From assembly GCF_054482595.1 (NCBI RefSeq), contig NZ_CM137008.1: 64,000 bases of DNA. One strand, written 5' to 3'. The position numbers and the translations under genes are program-made. The notes beneath the pieces are model-generated. The model did not search any database, was not told the DNA's origin, and was given only the letters and a program-made list of their open reading frames with translations. Shown here piece after piece: positions 32,017 through 43,273 of the stretch (positions within the stretch are counted from its first letter, which is position 1; each line of letters opens with the position of its first letter).

Positions 32017-33231
32017 TTAATGCGTAAAAATAGTTTGCTGATAATGTATACTCTGAATTCGATGTATCACAGATTCATGTTCAGGCATGTCGGAAGCATT
32101 GCTTGTCTCCACCGCCAGGGATGCAAAGGCGCTGGCATAACACAGTGCTGATTCCAGTGATTTTCCTTTCGCAAGTCCTGATGCCAGAGCGCCGTTAAAA
32201 GCATCCCCGGCTCCTGCCGTATTTTTAACGACCGCTGGAAACGCTGGCGAATGAATGAATTTTTTGCCATCAAATGCGAGTGAGCCCTTGCTACCGAGCG
32301 TGATAACCGTGTTTTTTACCCCTTTATTGTGGATAGCTTCTGCAGCTCGTTTAGCTGATTCAAGATCGTGTACGTCTATGCCGGACAGTAAACCAGCTTC
32401 TGTTTCATTGGGGGTGATATAATCAACATCCTGAATAAGTTCGTTGACGATATCATTATAGGGTGCCGGGTTAATAATGACCGGGATACTGTTTTTTTGC
32501 GCCAATGTGATCGCTTGTTGCAGAGCGGTATAATTTGTTTCGAGCTGCAGAAGTATGACATCAGAATTAATAATCGCTTCTTTCTGAATAGTTATTTCAT
32601 CGGACGACATTGTCATGTTGGCACCGGGATAGATCGCAATAACATTATCGCCAGTACCTTCATTAACAAGGATCGTGGCAGTTCCGGTTTGCGTTTCTTT
32701 CGTTTGATAAATTATACTTTTATAAATCTTAGACGAATTCATAAAGTTGATCGCATAATCACTAAAGTGATCTGTACCTACTTTTGTTATGAAATAAACA
32801 TCAGTATCGGCAAAGCTTGCTGCCAGCGCCTGGTTACAACCTTTTCCCCCCGGTGAAAATATAAAATTACTTGCCAGAAGCGATTCTCCGATAGTGGGAA
32901 GCCTCGGCAAATAACTGATGATATCAACATTAAACGAACCAATAACGCATACTTGACTTTTCATAGTTGAGTGGCCTTTTTTTATTCCCTGGGCTGTATC
33001 ATAATTTTCAAGCGCATAAGCGATTTCATTTTTCGCAATAGTATCAAGCGAGTCTAGGACGATAAAAGCACCGCCATGACATCGAGTCAGATAGCCAAGT
33101 CTGGCAAGTTCATTAAGATCTGATCGAATAGTTTCTTTCGTTACATTGAGGCTATTGGACAGATCGGATACTTTTACAGAACCGAATTTACTGAGTCGTT
33201 TCAATATTTCATGATGGCGTTCAAATTTCAT
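32017..33231 (-). CDS. DeoR-type HTH regulator fused to PfkB/ribokinase-family sugar kinase
   Basis: N-terminal DeoR HTH, C-terminal PfkB motifs (GGKGCNQA, ...AGAGDAFNGA). Confidence 0.75.
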   Translation of the reverse strand: MKFERHHEILKRLSKFGSVKVSDLSNSLNVTKETIRSDLNELARLGYLTRCHGGAFIVLDSLDTIAKNEIAYALENYDTAQGIKKGHSTMKSQVCVIGSFNVDIISYLPRLPTIGESLLASNFIFSPGGKGCNQALAASFADTDVYFITKVGTDHFSDYAINFMNSSKIYKSIIYQTKETQTGTATILVNEGTGDNVIAIYPGANMTMSSDEITIQKEAIINSDVILLQLETNYTALQQAITLAQKNSIPVIINPAPYNDIVNELIQDVDYITPNETEAGLLSGIDVHDLESAKRAAEAIHNKGVKNTVITLGSKGSLAFDGKKFIHSPAFPAVVKNTAGAGDAFNGALASGLAKGKSLESALCYASAFASLAVETSNASDMPEHESVIHRIQSIHYQQTIFTH

Positions 33232-33339
33232 GCTTCACCTCACTTCAGTTACGTTAATATCTGTCGATGTATATTGATGTGATAATCACCATAAAGTGGC
33301 GGGGAAAAGCAAAAAAAATCAAAAATAGCCGGAGAAAAG

Positions 33340-33500
33340 GTAAGCGTTAATGGAGAATCATATTGATGCTTATTTATTGGTGAGAACTACGTTCCATGGC
33401 AGGAGTTCATCAATACGGTTGGAAGGTTATTCCGGCAGTACGCTCAGGATATGGCGCAGATACTCTTCCGGATCAATGTCGTTCAGAAGGCAAGTGCCGA
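33340..33500 (-). mobile_element. IS66-family remnant: 3' end of transposase plus terminal IR (second copy, inverted relative to 6480-6690)
   Basis: Minus-strand translation ends ...VVLTNK*; terminal gtaagcg at about 33340; related but not identical to the first copy. Confidence 0.55.
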
Positions 33501-33842
33501 TAAGCCCATACAACAGTGCACTGCGCTCGCCGTCGAAGAACATAAAGTTTTTATTTCCGAGACAGATGGCACAAAGGGCTTTTTCCGCGGCATTATGTCT
33601 GCCTCCGCCTGACCGTCAACACTGTAATAACAGAGTGCGCCCCACTGATTCAGTACACAGCTGAACCATTCTCCCAGTCTGGATTTTTGGACAGCGTGGC
33701 ATTTTTCTCCACCATCCACGCATGCAGTGAGTCCAGTAACAGTTTGCTCTTCCTCTGCCTGACCACAAGATGTTCTGGTTCTGGCATACTGAATTTGGCC
33801 ACCTGAGCATAGGTAATATGCTCACCTTAGAACAACACAGAT

Positions 33843-34600
<758 letters not shown>

Positions 34601-34774
34601 GCAGCGATTTTCCCAGCGTGGTGCGTCTTTTGCATTTTACTGGTTCTGAGTTATCAATTATCTGTTCACTAATGACTACTCTAAAAAGTTGTATCAATTT
34701 AAGTGATATAGGGAGTCTGGAGATTCAGGGGGCCAGCCTAGGAACATTGGTTACATTTTTAGTTTCCAAACATT

Positions 34775-36175
34775 TTATTGTTCGAACTTCGGAGCAATCA
34801 GATTATCCAGATTGAATGTCTTCTCCCATTCTTCCTGTGTGAGTAGCTTACGTTCGACAACCACTATCTGATGGAGGGATTTGCCTGTATGGTATGCTTC
34901 GTGCGCCATTTCAGAACACACCTTATATCCCAGATGTGGCTTCAGGAGAGTCACAATACCGCAGGAATGCATTACCATCTCTGCAGTTCGATCGGAATTA
35001 GCTGTAATGCCATCAATGCATTTAGTTCGGAGTGTGTTACAGGCATTCGTCATCACCTTGAGTGAGGTGAACAGCGCAAAGGTGATGACCGGCTCCATAA
35101 CGTTAAGCTCAAGCTGACCAGCAGATGCCGCCAGCATCACTGTGGTGTCCAGCCCCTGAACCAGGAAGCAAGACTGGTTTGTTACTTCCGGGATAACGGG
35201 GTTAACCTTACCAGGCATAATGGAAGAACCCGGTTGCAATTGAGGCAGGTTAATTTCAGCCAGGCCGCAACGGGGGCCTGAAGCAAGCAGTCGAATGTCA
35301 TTACAAACCTTGGTAAGCTTCACAGAGAGGCTCTTCATGGCCGAACTGAGTGCAACATATGCACCACAGTCGCTTGTGGCAGCGATGAGATCTTCACTGT
35401 TCCTGAAATTAATGCCTGTGATCTGGGCCAGATATTTCACGGCTAAAGCGGGATAATCCGGGTGAGCGGTAACACAGGTACCAATCGCAGTAGCACCAAG
35501 GTTTACAACCCGCAGGTGTTCCTGTGCATTACGGATGACCCGAATTTCATCATTAATTGTAAAACCCCAGCCATGGAACTCCTGGCCGAGAGTCATTGGC
35601 ACTGCATCCTGCAGGTGAGTACGTCCCATCTTGAGCACTGTGCTGAACTCGTCAGCCTTTTTGTAGAATGCTCCTACGAGGTGTTCAACAGCTTCAAGCA
35701 ATACATTGCTTCGCAGCAGTAATGCCAGATGTAATGCTGTCGGATATGTATCATTGGTGGACTGACCAAAATTAGCATGGTCGTTTGGCGAAACGCGTTT
35801 GTAATCCCCTTTAACGCCACCAAGTTTTTCTGCAGCAAGATTGCAAATCACTTCGTTGCAGTTCATATTGGTTGACGTTCCGGCTCCCCCCTGAAGCCAG
35901 TCGGTCACAAACTGTTCCCGGTACTTACCATCAATTAATTGGTCGCAAGCCCAGATTAAAGCATCCGCAACATCAGCAGGAATTGTACCTAACTCCTTAT
36001 TAGCCATCGCAGCTGCTTTTTTCACATAACCGAAGGCAATGATGAAGAAAGGCTCCTGACTCATTGGCATTTCAGTGATATGGAAATTATCTTTTCCACG
36101 AAGTGTCTGAACACCATAATAGCAATCATCCGGAATTTCACGCTCACCAAGGAAATCGCTTTCAATACGAGACAT
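34775..36175 (-). CDS. Aspartate ammonia-lyase family protein (copy 1)
   Basis: 466 aa, fumarate-lyase signature GSSIMPGKVNP; about 99 percent identical to 55677..57077. Confidence 0.85.
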   Translation of the reverse strand: MSRIESDFLGEREIPDDCYYGVQTLRGKDNFHITEMPMSQEPFFIIAFGYVKKAAAMANKELGTIPADVADALIWACDQLIDGKYREQFVTDWLQGGAGTSTNMNCNEVICNLAAEKLGGVKGDYKRVSPNDHANFGQSTNDTYPTALHLALLLRSNVLLEAVEHLVGAFYKKADEFSTVLKMGRTHLQDAVPMTLGQEFHGWGFTINDEIRVIRNAQEHLRVVNLGATAIGTCVTAHPDYPALAVKYLAQITGINFRNSEDLIAATSDCGAYVALSSAMKSLSVKLTKVCNDIRLLASGPRCGLAEINLPQLQPGSSIMPGKVNPVIPEVTNQSCFLVQGLDTTVMLAASAGQLELNVMEPVITFALFTSLKVMTNACNTLRTKCIDGITANSDRTAEMVMHSCGIVTLLKPHLGYKVCSEMAHEAYHTGKSLHQIVVVERKLLTQEEWEKTFNLDNLIAPKFEQ

Positions 36176-36397
36176 AATATTCTAACTCCATTATTTGAAA
36201 ACAATGTGACAATAACAAATTGTTTAACCGGAGCTATGCTCTCGGAATTTGAATTCTTACATCATTGAAATAACATGTGATATCAATCTGTCAGAATTCT
36301 TCTGACAGTCAGTAACTGAATGCAGATTAACTGCCTGACTAATTATCAAATAGTAACTCTGTAACTACTTCCATAAAGAATGAAAATTATGATTCTA

Positions 36398-37696
36398 TCA
36401 GACCATCATTGGTGCAATCACAAACCCAAATGTCACTCCTGCAATAACACCACCCAACCCGGGTAGCATAAATGGGTGATTTAATAAATAATTGCCCACA
36501 CGGGTTGTGCCGGTAGTATCAAATTCCATCGCGGCGAGTGATGTTGGATACGTTGGAAGCACGAATACTCCCGTAACGGCAACATAAGATGCAAGAATTG
36601 CCCAGGTTGGTATGTTGAGTGCTACAGCCAGAGGAATAATTAACGGCGTAGTCGCTCCCTGTGAGTAAAGTAAAGCGCAGGTAAAAAAAAGAACTAATGC
36701 TAAAAGCATCGGATAAGTTTGTAAAATATCACCGGCGATATCTTTGATCTCAGTTAAATGCGCATCAATAAAGGTGGTACCTAAGGTTACAATACCAAGA
36801 ATCACTGCCAGCGAACTCATTCCAGCACGAAATGTGGAGGTCAGAATAATGTCATCAGTAGACATCTTACACAGTATTACCATCAGGCAGGCAGCAGAGA
36901 GCATGCAAATAATAATAATATCGCGCGTTTCCATCGGTTTGCTGATATCAAAACCCGGACGCAATTGGGGGAATGCAGCAAGAATAACAATGGCGATCGT
37001 CGCCAGCATGAATAATCCGACGGAAAGCGTTGCACCAGGTTTGATGCTGTTATTATTCTCGTATTTTTGCACCAGACCTTTTTGCAGACGTTCAAGATAT
37101 ACTTCGTCATCTTGTAATTCACACCCCTGTCGGGAGGCGATAAAAGCAGCAACCATCGCGGCGACAAAAGAGGTGGGAAGGCATACCGACATCACCTGAA
37201 TAAAACTGACGCCATTAACCTCCATAATAGTGAGCATAGCTGCCATTGCGGCACTGATTGGTGAGCCAGAAATTGCAACCTGTGAGGCGACAACTGAGCC
37301 AGCGAGTGTGCGGGAAGGCCGGATACCGGACTCTTTTGCTACTTCAGCAATTACCGGCAGTGTGGAGAAAACAATAAACCCGGTACCGGCCATAATGGTC
37401 ATTAACCAAGTGATAATCGGTGCGATTATGTTGATATATTTTGGGTTACGTCGCATGAAATTACTGGCTAAACGTACCAGATAATCCATCCCACCTGCCG
37501 CCTGTAAGGCTGAAGCTGCCACAACTACGGTCATAATAATCAGGATCACATCGACTGGCGGTGATCCCATAGGCAGACCAAATCCCAGAGTCAGGATCGC
37601 AAGGCCAAGACCGCCGCATAAACCAATGCCGATTCCTCCCTGACGAATACCAAAAAATATTGCGCCAAGTACAACGATAATTTCCAGCCAAACCAT
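36398..37696 (-). CDS. Anaerobic C4-dicarboxylate transporter, DcuA/DcuB family
   Basis: 432 aa polytopic membrane protein with DcuA-like sequence. Confidence 0.8.
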   Translation of the reverse strand: MVWLEIIVVLGAIFFGIRQGGIGIGLCGGLGLAILTLGFGLPMGSPPVDVILIIMTVVVAASALQAAGGMDYLVRLASNFMRRNPKYINIIAPIITWLMTIMAGTGFIVFSTLPVIAEVAKESGIRPSRTLAGSVVASQVAISGSPISAAMAAMLTIMEVNGVSFIQVMSVCLPTSFVAAMVAAFIASRQGCELQDDEVYLERLQKGLVQKYENNNSIKPGATLSVGLFMLATIAIVILAAFPQLRPGFDISKPMETRDIIIICMLSAACLMVILCKMSTDDIILTSTFRAGMSSLAVILGIVTLGTTFIDAHLTEIKDIAGDILQTYPMLLALVLFFTCALLYSQGATTPLIIPLAVALNIPTWAILASYVAVTGVFVLPTYPTSLAAMEFDTTGTTRVGNYLLNHPFMLPGLGGVIAGVTFGFVIAPMMV

Positions 37697-37754
37697 GATG
37701 TTCTCCGTTGTAAATATAATCTTTGTAAAATAACTTTCTGGCTGTGATTTAGAA

Positions 37755-38474
37755 TTATTGAGTTAAATGTTGATCTTTTCCGATACGATTTTCATACCAT
37801 TTTATTCCTGCGCGAACGAGTGAAGCGGTTGAATCAATATAGCGTAAAGGTTGATCTTTAACGGCTTGTGACAGAATAATGGGAATTTCCGTACAACCAA
37901 GAATCAAGATCTCTGCTCCGCGGGAAAATAAATTTTCAGCCTGCTCTTCCATCAATTTTTGCGCATGTGTAACATTTCCCGCTTTAAGTGAATAAATGCT
38001 TTTCATCACATTTTTTTGGCCATCTGCATCCGGGGTGATATAGTTAAACCCTAACGATTCAATTCCTTTCTGGTATAATCCCATATACAGCGTGGCATCA
38101 GTGGCCAGGAGGCCAATTCTAGTTTTACCACAGACGCGAACTTCATCGACCGTAGTATCTATGATACTTAGTATATCAATATGGCAAGCATCTTTTAGTT
38201 CTTTAAACCAATAGTGTGCGGTATTACAGGGAATAACAATACATTCTGCTCCTGCATCTTCCAGTTTATGCATATAGTCACGCATAACGGGTAAAGGCGA
38301 GAGCCCGTTATGCATTAATGCATCGGTACGGTCAGGAATATCCGGGATAGAAGAAATAATTAAAGGTATATGTTCTTGATCTCGTTGTGCTGCTGTAAAG
38401 GTGACAAATTTATTAAATAAGTCGACAGTGGCGGCCGGCCCCATTCCACCGAGCACACCGATTAAACCTTTCAC
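37755..38474 (-). CDS. Aspartate/glutamate racemase family protein
   Basis: 239 aa; two catalytic Cys motifs (IPCNTAH, LGCTE). Confidence 0.8.
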   Translation of the reverse strand: MKGLIGVLGGMGPAATVDLFNKFVTFTAAQRDQEHIPLIISSIPDIPDRTDALMHNGLSPLPVMRDYMHKLEDAGAECIVIPCNTAHYWFKELKDACHIDILSIIDTTVDEVRVCGKTRIGLLATDATLYMGLYQKGIESLGFNYITPDADGQKNVMKSIYSLKAGNVTHAQKLMEEQAENLFSRGAEILILGCTEIPIILSQAVKDQPLRYIDSTASLVRAGIKWYENRIGKDQHLTQ

Positions 38475-38813
38475 AATACTTACCTCTCAGAAAATCAATG
38501 CTCATAAACTTAAAAAACCATTTCTCCTTTTTTAACAGTCTCTAAAGGCTATGAGAAATGCAATGATGTACAATGCAATGCAAGACTTGCATGATGTAGT
38601 TTTGCAATATACATGAACCATATACTATTGTTGCATGAAGACCTATCATAATGATGAAAATAAACGCTTTTGGGAGAAGTGTTAAACTGGTTTAGATACA
38701 GAAAACGAATGGATTATGCATAAAACGAATAACTTAAATATGCTATCTGCATTCATTACCCCGGTTTTCGGGGGGTATACTAACTAAAATTTGATAATAC
38801 TTGGATAATAGAA

Positions 38814-39713
38814 ATGAAAAATATAGAGACCAAATGGTTATATGATTTCCTGACACTGGAAGCCTGTCGCAATTTCTGTCAGGCAGCAAAAGATCGTAAC
38901 CTTTCACAACCAGCATTCAGCAGACGAATAAAAGCGTTAGAGTCAGCTATAGGTGTTGTTTTGTTCGATCGTACAACCTCTCCTTTACAATTAACTGAAG
39001 AGGGTAGGCTTTTTCACTCCCAGACACGCAGTTTAGTGCAACAGCTTGAATGCAATCTGAATGAGTTAGGGGGGGATAATTCATTCAATTTGCCTAATAT
39101 TAAGATTGCAGCTGCGCACTCATTATCCCTCAGCATGCTACCTAAACTTCTGCACTCACTCACCACCTTAGGCGGAGACTTTATCTATCATGTTGAGGCT
39201 ATTGATGTCGTCCAGGCCGTAAATACGTTACGAGAAGGGAAGAGTGACTTTATTATTTCATTTCGAGATGAGGAGTTTATGCAATCGCCATTTTGTTGTA
39301 TAAAACTGTTTGAATCTGAGTTGTATCCGGTATGTGCTGCTGATCAACAGGGAAAACCGATTTTCGATCTTACCAATTCACAGGCTCCTTTGCTCGACTA
39401 TACTCCAACTTCTTATATGGGCAGACTGGTTAATCGTCATTTGGCAGAACAGGGAGGGATAGCCGGACACACAATATTGGTATCTTCAATGAGTGAACTA
39501 CTAAAAAATATGGCACTCAATGGACTTGGTATTGCCTGGCTCCCTCTCTGGTCAATCGCGGATGAACTGAACACAAAACGACTTGTGTGTCCGTGGCCTG
39601 CTAAATGGGCAGTGCCTATTCAGGCTTATATTTATCGTATGGATACTCGGCTGAACAAAACGGCTGAACACTTTTGGACGATTTTACGAAATAACATTAA
39701 AGAGAATAGCTAG
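38814..39713 (+). CDS. LysR-family transcriptional regulator
   Basis: 299 aa; N-terminal HTH (QPAFSRRIKALE); divergent from racemase operon. Confidence 0.85.
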   Translation: MKNIETKWLYDFLTLEACRNFCQAAKDRNLSQPAFSRRIKALESAIGVVLFDRTTSPLQLTEEGRLFHSQTRSLVQQLECNLNELGGDNSFNLPNIKIAAAHSLSLSMLPKLLHSLTTLGGDFIYHVEAIDVVQAVNTLREGKSDFIISFRDEEFMQSPFCCIKLFESELYPVCAADQQGKPIFDLTNSQAPLLDYTPTSYMGRLVNRHLAEQGGIAGHTILVSSMSELLKNMALNGLGIAWLPLWSIADELNTKRLVCPWPAKWAVPIQAYIYRMDTRLNKTAEHFWTILRNNIKENS

Positions 39714-40222
39714 AAACATCGTGGACAGTTTTTGTTGAGCACGACAAATCCACGTTTTTCTGGGGGTGAAGGGGGGGAATTCGTTAAACTGGATGTCTTT
39801 TGCTTTAATCAGTTCATCTCCTTCAGGATAATTCTGGCCATTGAGATCACTTTGAGAGGTATTTTTTTCTCTTTTCACATAGTAAATAATAACATTGTTT
39901 AATTAATAACAGAAAATATACTAAAATCAATAATTGTAATAATAAATTATTTGTTGTCCCAGATAAGTTAAGTGTCATTAAAATGCTGGACAATCCTCGC
40001 GTAACGGTATTTAATGACTACAGCACGTTCCAGGAAAAGCAGTGGAAGCAAATATTGGTCATTATGTCGAAAACACCGGAAACGTACTCTATATTGTGTA
40101 GTCATTTATTCAAATGACAGCGTATAAACAAATTGATCAGAATCACATTTTTTTGTGAAAATCATTGTCGAGAGGCAACATTTCATAGTAAGTGTATCCT
40201 ACAGGTCATGTATAAAACCTAC

Positions 40223-40932
40223 ATCATGTAAACAAACTCATCGAATTGCACCTCCTGTTTGTGGAGGTGCTTTTTTGTGCACAGCTCCCCAGCCAGGCTG
40301 GGGGTTCCGGAAAGCTTTCAGTTTTGAGCCAGTTATTAAAACCTCTTTTGATTTGTTAAAACACCTTGCGGTATGGCAACAGCAAGTGTCAAACAAAAAA
40401 TCAAAAGGGGGACCCAATGGGGAACGAAAAGAGCTAGCGCACCCCGATGGAACTGTAAATATCACATAGTTTTTGCGCCAAAATACCGAAGACAAGTGTT
40501 CTACAGAGAGAAGCGTAGAGCAACAGGCAGTATTTTGAGAAAGCTGTGTGAGTGGAAAAGCGTACGGATTCTTGAAGCTGAGTGCTGTGCAGATCATATC
40601 CATATGCTTGTGGAGATCCCGCCCAAAATGAGCGCATCCGGCTTTATGGGATATCTGAAAGGGAAAAGCAGTCTGATGCTTTACGAGCAGTTTGGTGATT
40701 TGAAATTCAAATACAGGAACAGGGAGTTCTGGTGCAGTGGGTACTAAGTCGATACGGTGGGTAAGAACACGGCGAAGATACAGGATTACATAAAGCACCA
40801 GCTTGAAGAGGATAAAATGGGAGAGCAGTTATCGATTCCCTACCTGGGCAGCGCGTTTATGGACCGTGAGTAACGAAGTTGGATGCAAATGTCAGATCGT
40901 GTGCGCCTGTTAGGGCGCGGCTGGTAAGAGAG
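40223..40932 (+). mobile_element. IS200 (IS200/IS605 family) inserted in dgoT
   Basis: Left-end hairpin cacctcctgtttgtggaggtg; TnpA with HxH motif; dgoT reading frame runs into IS sequence at about 40932. Confidence 0.7.
40373..40870 (+). pseudogene. tnpA: IS200 Y1 transposase TnpA, frameshifted
   Basis: Track ORF 124 aa (WNCKYHIVFAPKYRR...DHIHMLVEIPPK); canonical N-terminus and C-terminus lie in other frames. Confidence 0.65.
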
Positions 40933-41391
40933 CCTTATAGGCGCATGACCAGACGTATAAAAACCAACGGCAGAAGCGCGTTCATGTTCCGGGAACCAGC
41001 TGGTCACCATCCGGTTATTGGTCGGGAAAGCGGGCGCTTCGAAAATACTGGTTATCGCGCGCAGACCAATTAATGACATTAATCCCGTGGCAAAGCCCTG
41101 GAATAACGTCGCCACTGACCAGCCAAATATCGCAATAAAATAAGTCACGCGTGAACCTACGCGATCTAAAAACCAACCGCCGGGGATCTGACATAGCGTA
41201 TAAAGCCAGGCGAAGGCCGAAAATACATAGCCCATTTCCGCTTTGGTAATGCCGAACTCTTCCTGAATATGGGCGGCAGCCACGGCCAGGTTAGCGCGGT
41301 CAACATAACAAATGACCACCGTAATAAAGATCATCACCAGCGTCAGATAACGCCGACGCCCCGGCTTTGCTGCATTAACGGGAATATCCAT
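40933..41391 (-). pseudogene. dgoT: D-galactonate transporter DgoT, 5' fragment truncated by IS200
   Basis: [35 protein letters not shown]... MFS N-terminal region; 3' part of gene absent. Confidence 0.8.
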
Positions 41392-41510
41392 AGCGAGCTT
41401 TCTCCTGATTTTGGGCATAGCGAAGCCGCTCACCATGCCCTGTAATTTACAGAGGGTTATATTTTTGTATTGCTGTTTTAGTGCCCGATGAGGGGCTTAC
41501 GTGGCAGGAA

Positions 41511-42659
41511 TTACCACTCTGCTACGCTGTTATCTTCATGACGCCAGAGCGGATTACGCCAGTCCGGGGCATTTTTACTGAACTCAATAACTTTAGCTTC
41601 GTCGATTTCCACGCCTAAGCCCGGTTTCGTTAGCGGTTTAAAGAAGCCGCCGACCATGCTGAAGTCCTCTTTGTTTTTCACAAAGTCGAGTAACTCCGCG
41701 CCTTTGTTGTAATGAATGCCCATACTTTGTTCCTGAAGTACGGCGTTATAGGAAACAAAGTCGATATGCAGGCAAGCTGCCAGTGCAATCGGTCCGAGCG
41801 GACAGTGCGGCGCAAGGGTCACGTCATAGGCTTCTGCCATTCCGGCAATTTTGTAGCATTCGGTAATACCGCCTGCGTGGGAGAGATCCGGTTGCAGAAT
41901 CGAAATACCACCCGCCTCCAGCACACGTTTAAAATCGAAACGTGAGAACATGCGCTCACCCGCCGCCAGTGGAATATGCGTTTGTGCCGCCAGTTTCGGG
42001 TAGTATTCGGCCTGTTCTGCCAGCACCGGCTCTTCAATAAACAGCGGGCGATACGGTTCCAGTTCTTTAATCAGTACTTTCGCCATCGGCGCGCTGACGC
42101 GACCGTGGAAATCAAGACCAAACTCAATCTGATTGCCAAAAGCTTCACGAATTTGTGCCACGGTGTTGACCGCCGCATCTACCGCGCGGGAGTTATCAAT
42201 TAGCCCCAGTTCTTCACAACCATTCAGTTTGAAGGTATCAAAACCGATTTCGCGCAGGATTTTTATTCCGTCGATAACATTCGCCGGACGATCGCCGCCG
42301 ACCCAACTGTAGGCTTTAATTTTGTCACGCACCAGGCCGCCCATCAGTTGCCAGACCGGCGAATTCAGCACTTTGCCTTTGATATCCCATAACGCCTGGT
42401 CGATCCCGGCAATGGCGCTCATCAGGATTGGACCTCCACGATAAAATCCGGCGCGATACATCACTTGCCATAAGTCATTGATGCGCGATGGATCCTGACC
42501 AATCAAATAGTCACCCAGCTCGTGAACTGCCGCTTCCACCGTACGGGCGCGGCCTTCGATCACGGGCTCGCCCCAGCCGACCACGCCTTCATCGGTTTCA
42601 ATTTTCAGGAACATCCAGCGGGGAGGTAAACGATACGTGGTAATTTTGGTGATTTTCAT
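41511..42659 (-). CDS. dgoD: D-galactonate dehydratase
   Basis: 382 aa enolase-superfamily protein; operon context dgoRKAD. Confidence 0.9.
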   Translation of the reverse strand: MKITKITTYRLPPRWMFLKIETDEGVVGWGEPVIEGRARTVEAAVHELGDYLIGQDPSRINDLWQVMYRAGFYRGGPILMSAIAGIDQALWDIKGKVLNSPVWQLMGGLVRDKIKAYSWVGGDRPANVIDGIKILREIGFDTFKLNGCEELGLIDNSRAVDAAVNTVAQIREAFGNQIEFGLDFHGRVSAPMAKVLIKELEPYRPLFIEEPVLAEQAEYYPKLAAQTHIPLAAGERMFSRFDFKRVLEAGGISILQPDLSHAGGITECYKIAGMAEAYDVTLAPHCPLGPIALAACLHIDFVSYNAVLQEQSMGIHYNKGAELLDFVKNKEDFSMVGGFFKPLTKPGLGVEIDEAKVIEFSKNAPDWRNPLWRHEDNSVAEW

Positions 42660-43273
42660 TGCACTGCCTCTCGATACGCCTTAACAAATGCTGCTGCCTG
42701 CTGCGCGGTGCGTTCTACGGACTGCCCGGCGCGATAGAGATCGCTGCCTAAGCCTGCCCCTGCACAACCTGCGTCTATCCACTGCGCCAGGTTTTCTGGC
42801 GTCACGCCGCCAACGGCAAAGACTGCGATGTCCGGTGGTAATACCGCTTTTAACGCTTTGATGTATTGCGGACCAAAAGCCGATGACGGAAATATTTTCA
42901 GCGCCTGAGCGCCCGCGTCGAGCGCGGTAAAGGCTTCGGTCGCCGTCGCGCAGCCGGGGCAAACGGTCATGCCGTAGCCCACCGCACGGCGGATCACTTC
43001 ACTATGGATATTGGGCGTAACGATGAGCTGGCAGCCCATCCTGGCGAGCACATCGACCTGTTCAGGTTTCAGTACCGTACCTGCGCCAATCAACGCCTTG
43101 TCGCCGTACGCATCAACGATGGCGGGAATGCTCTGCTCCCATTGTGGGGAATTCAGCGGGATTTCAACTGCGTCGAACCCGGCGTCAATCACCGCGCCAA
43201 CATGCACCAGCGCCTCGTCGGGCGTAATGCCGCGCAAAATGGCGATCAGCGGGAGTTTAGTTTGCCACTGCAT
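42656..43273 (-). CDS. dgoA: 2-dehydro-3-deoxy-6-phosphogalactonate aldolase
   Basis: 205 aa KDPG-aldolase family; operon context. Confidence 0.88.
   Translation of the reverse strand: MQWQTKLPLIAILRGITPDEALVHVGAVIDAGFDAVEIPLNSPQWEQSIPAIVDAYGDKALIGAGTVLKPEQVDVLARMGCQLIVTPNIHSEVIRRAVGYGMTVCPGCATATEAFTALDAGAQALKIFPSSAFGPQYIKALKAVLPPDIAVFAVGGVTPENLAQWIDAGCAGAGLGSDLYRAGQSVERTAQQAAAFVKAYREAVQ

Noticed and set aside
34871-35117. Pairs of identical small ORFs (also at 56735..56981)
   Set aside because: They lie inside the duplicated lyase gene on the opposite strand; their identity is a by-product of the gene duplication, not separate genes.
40238-40798. 186-aa minus-strand ORF inside IS200
   Set aside because: Antisense to the IS200 transposase frame; a shadow ORF.
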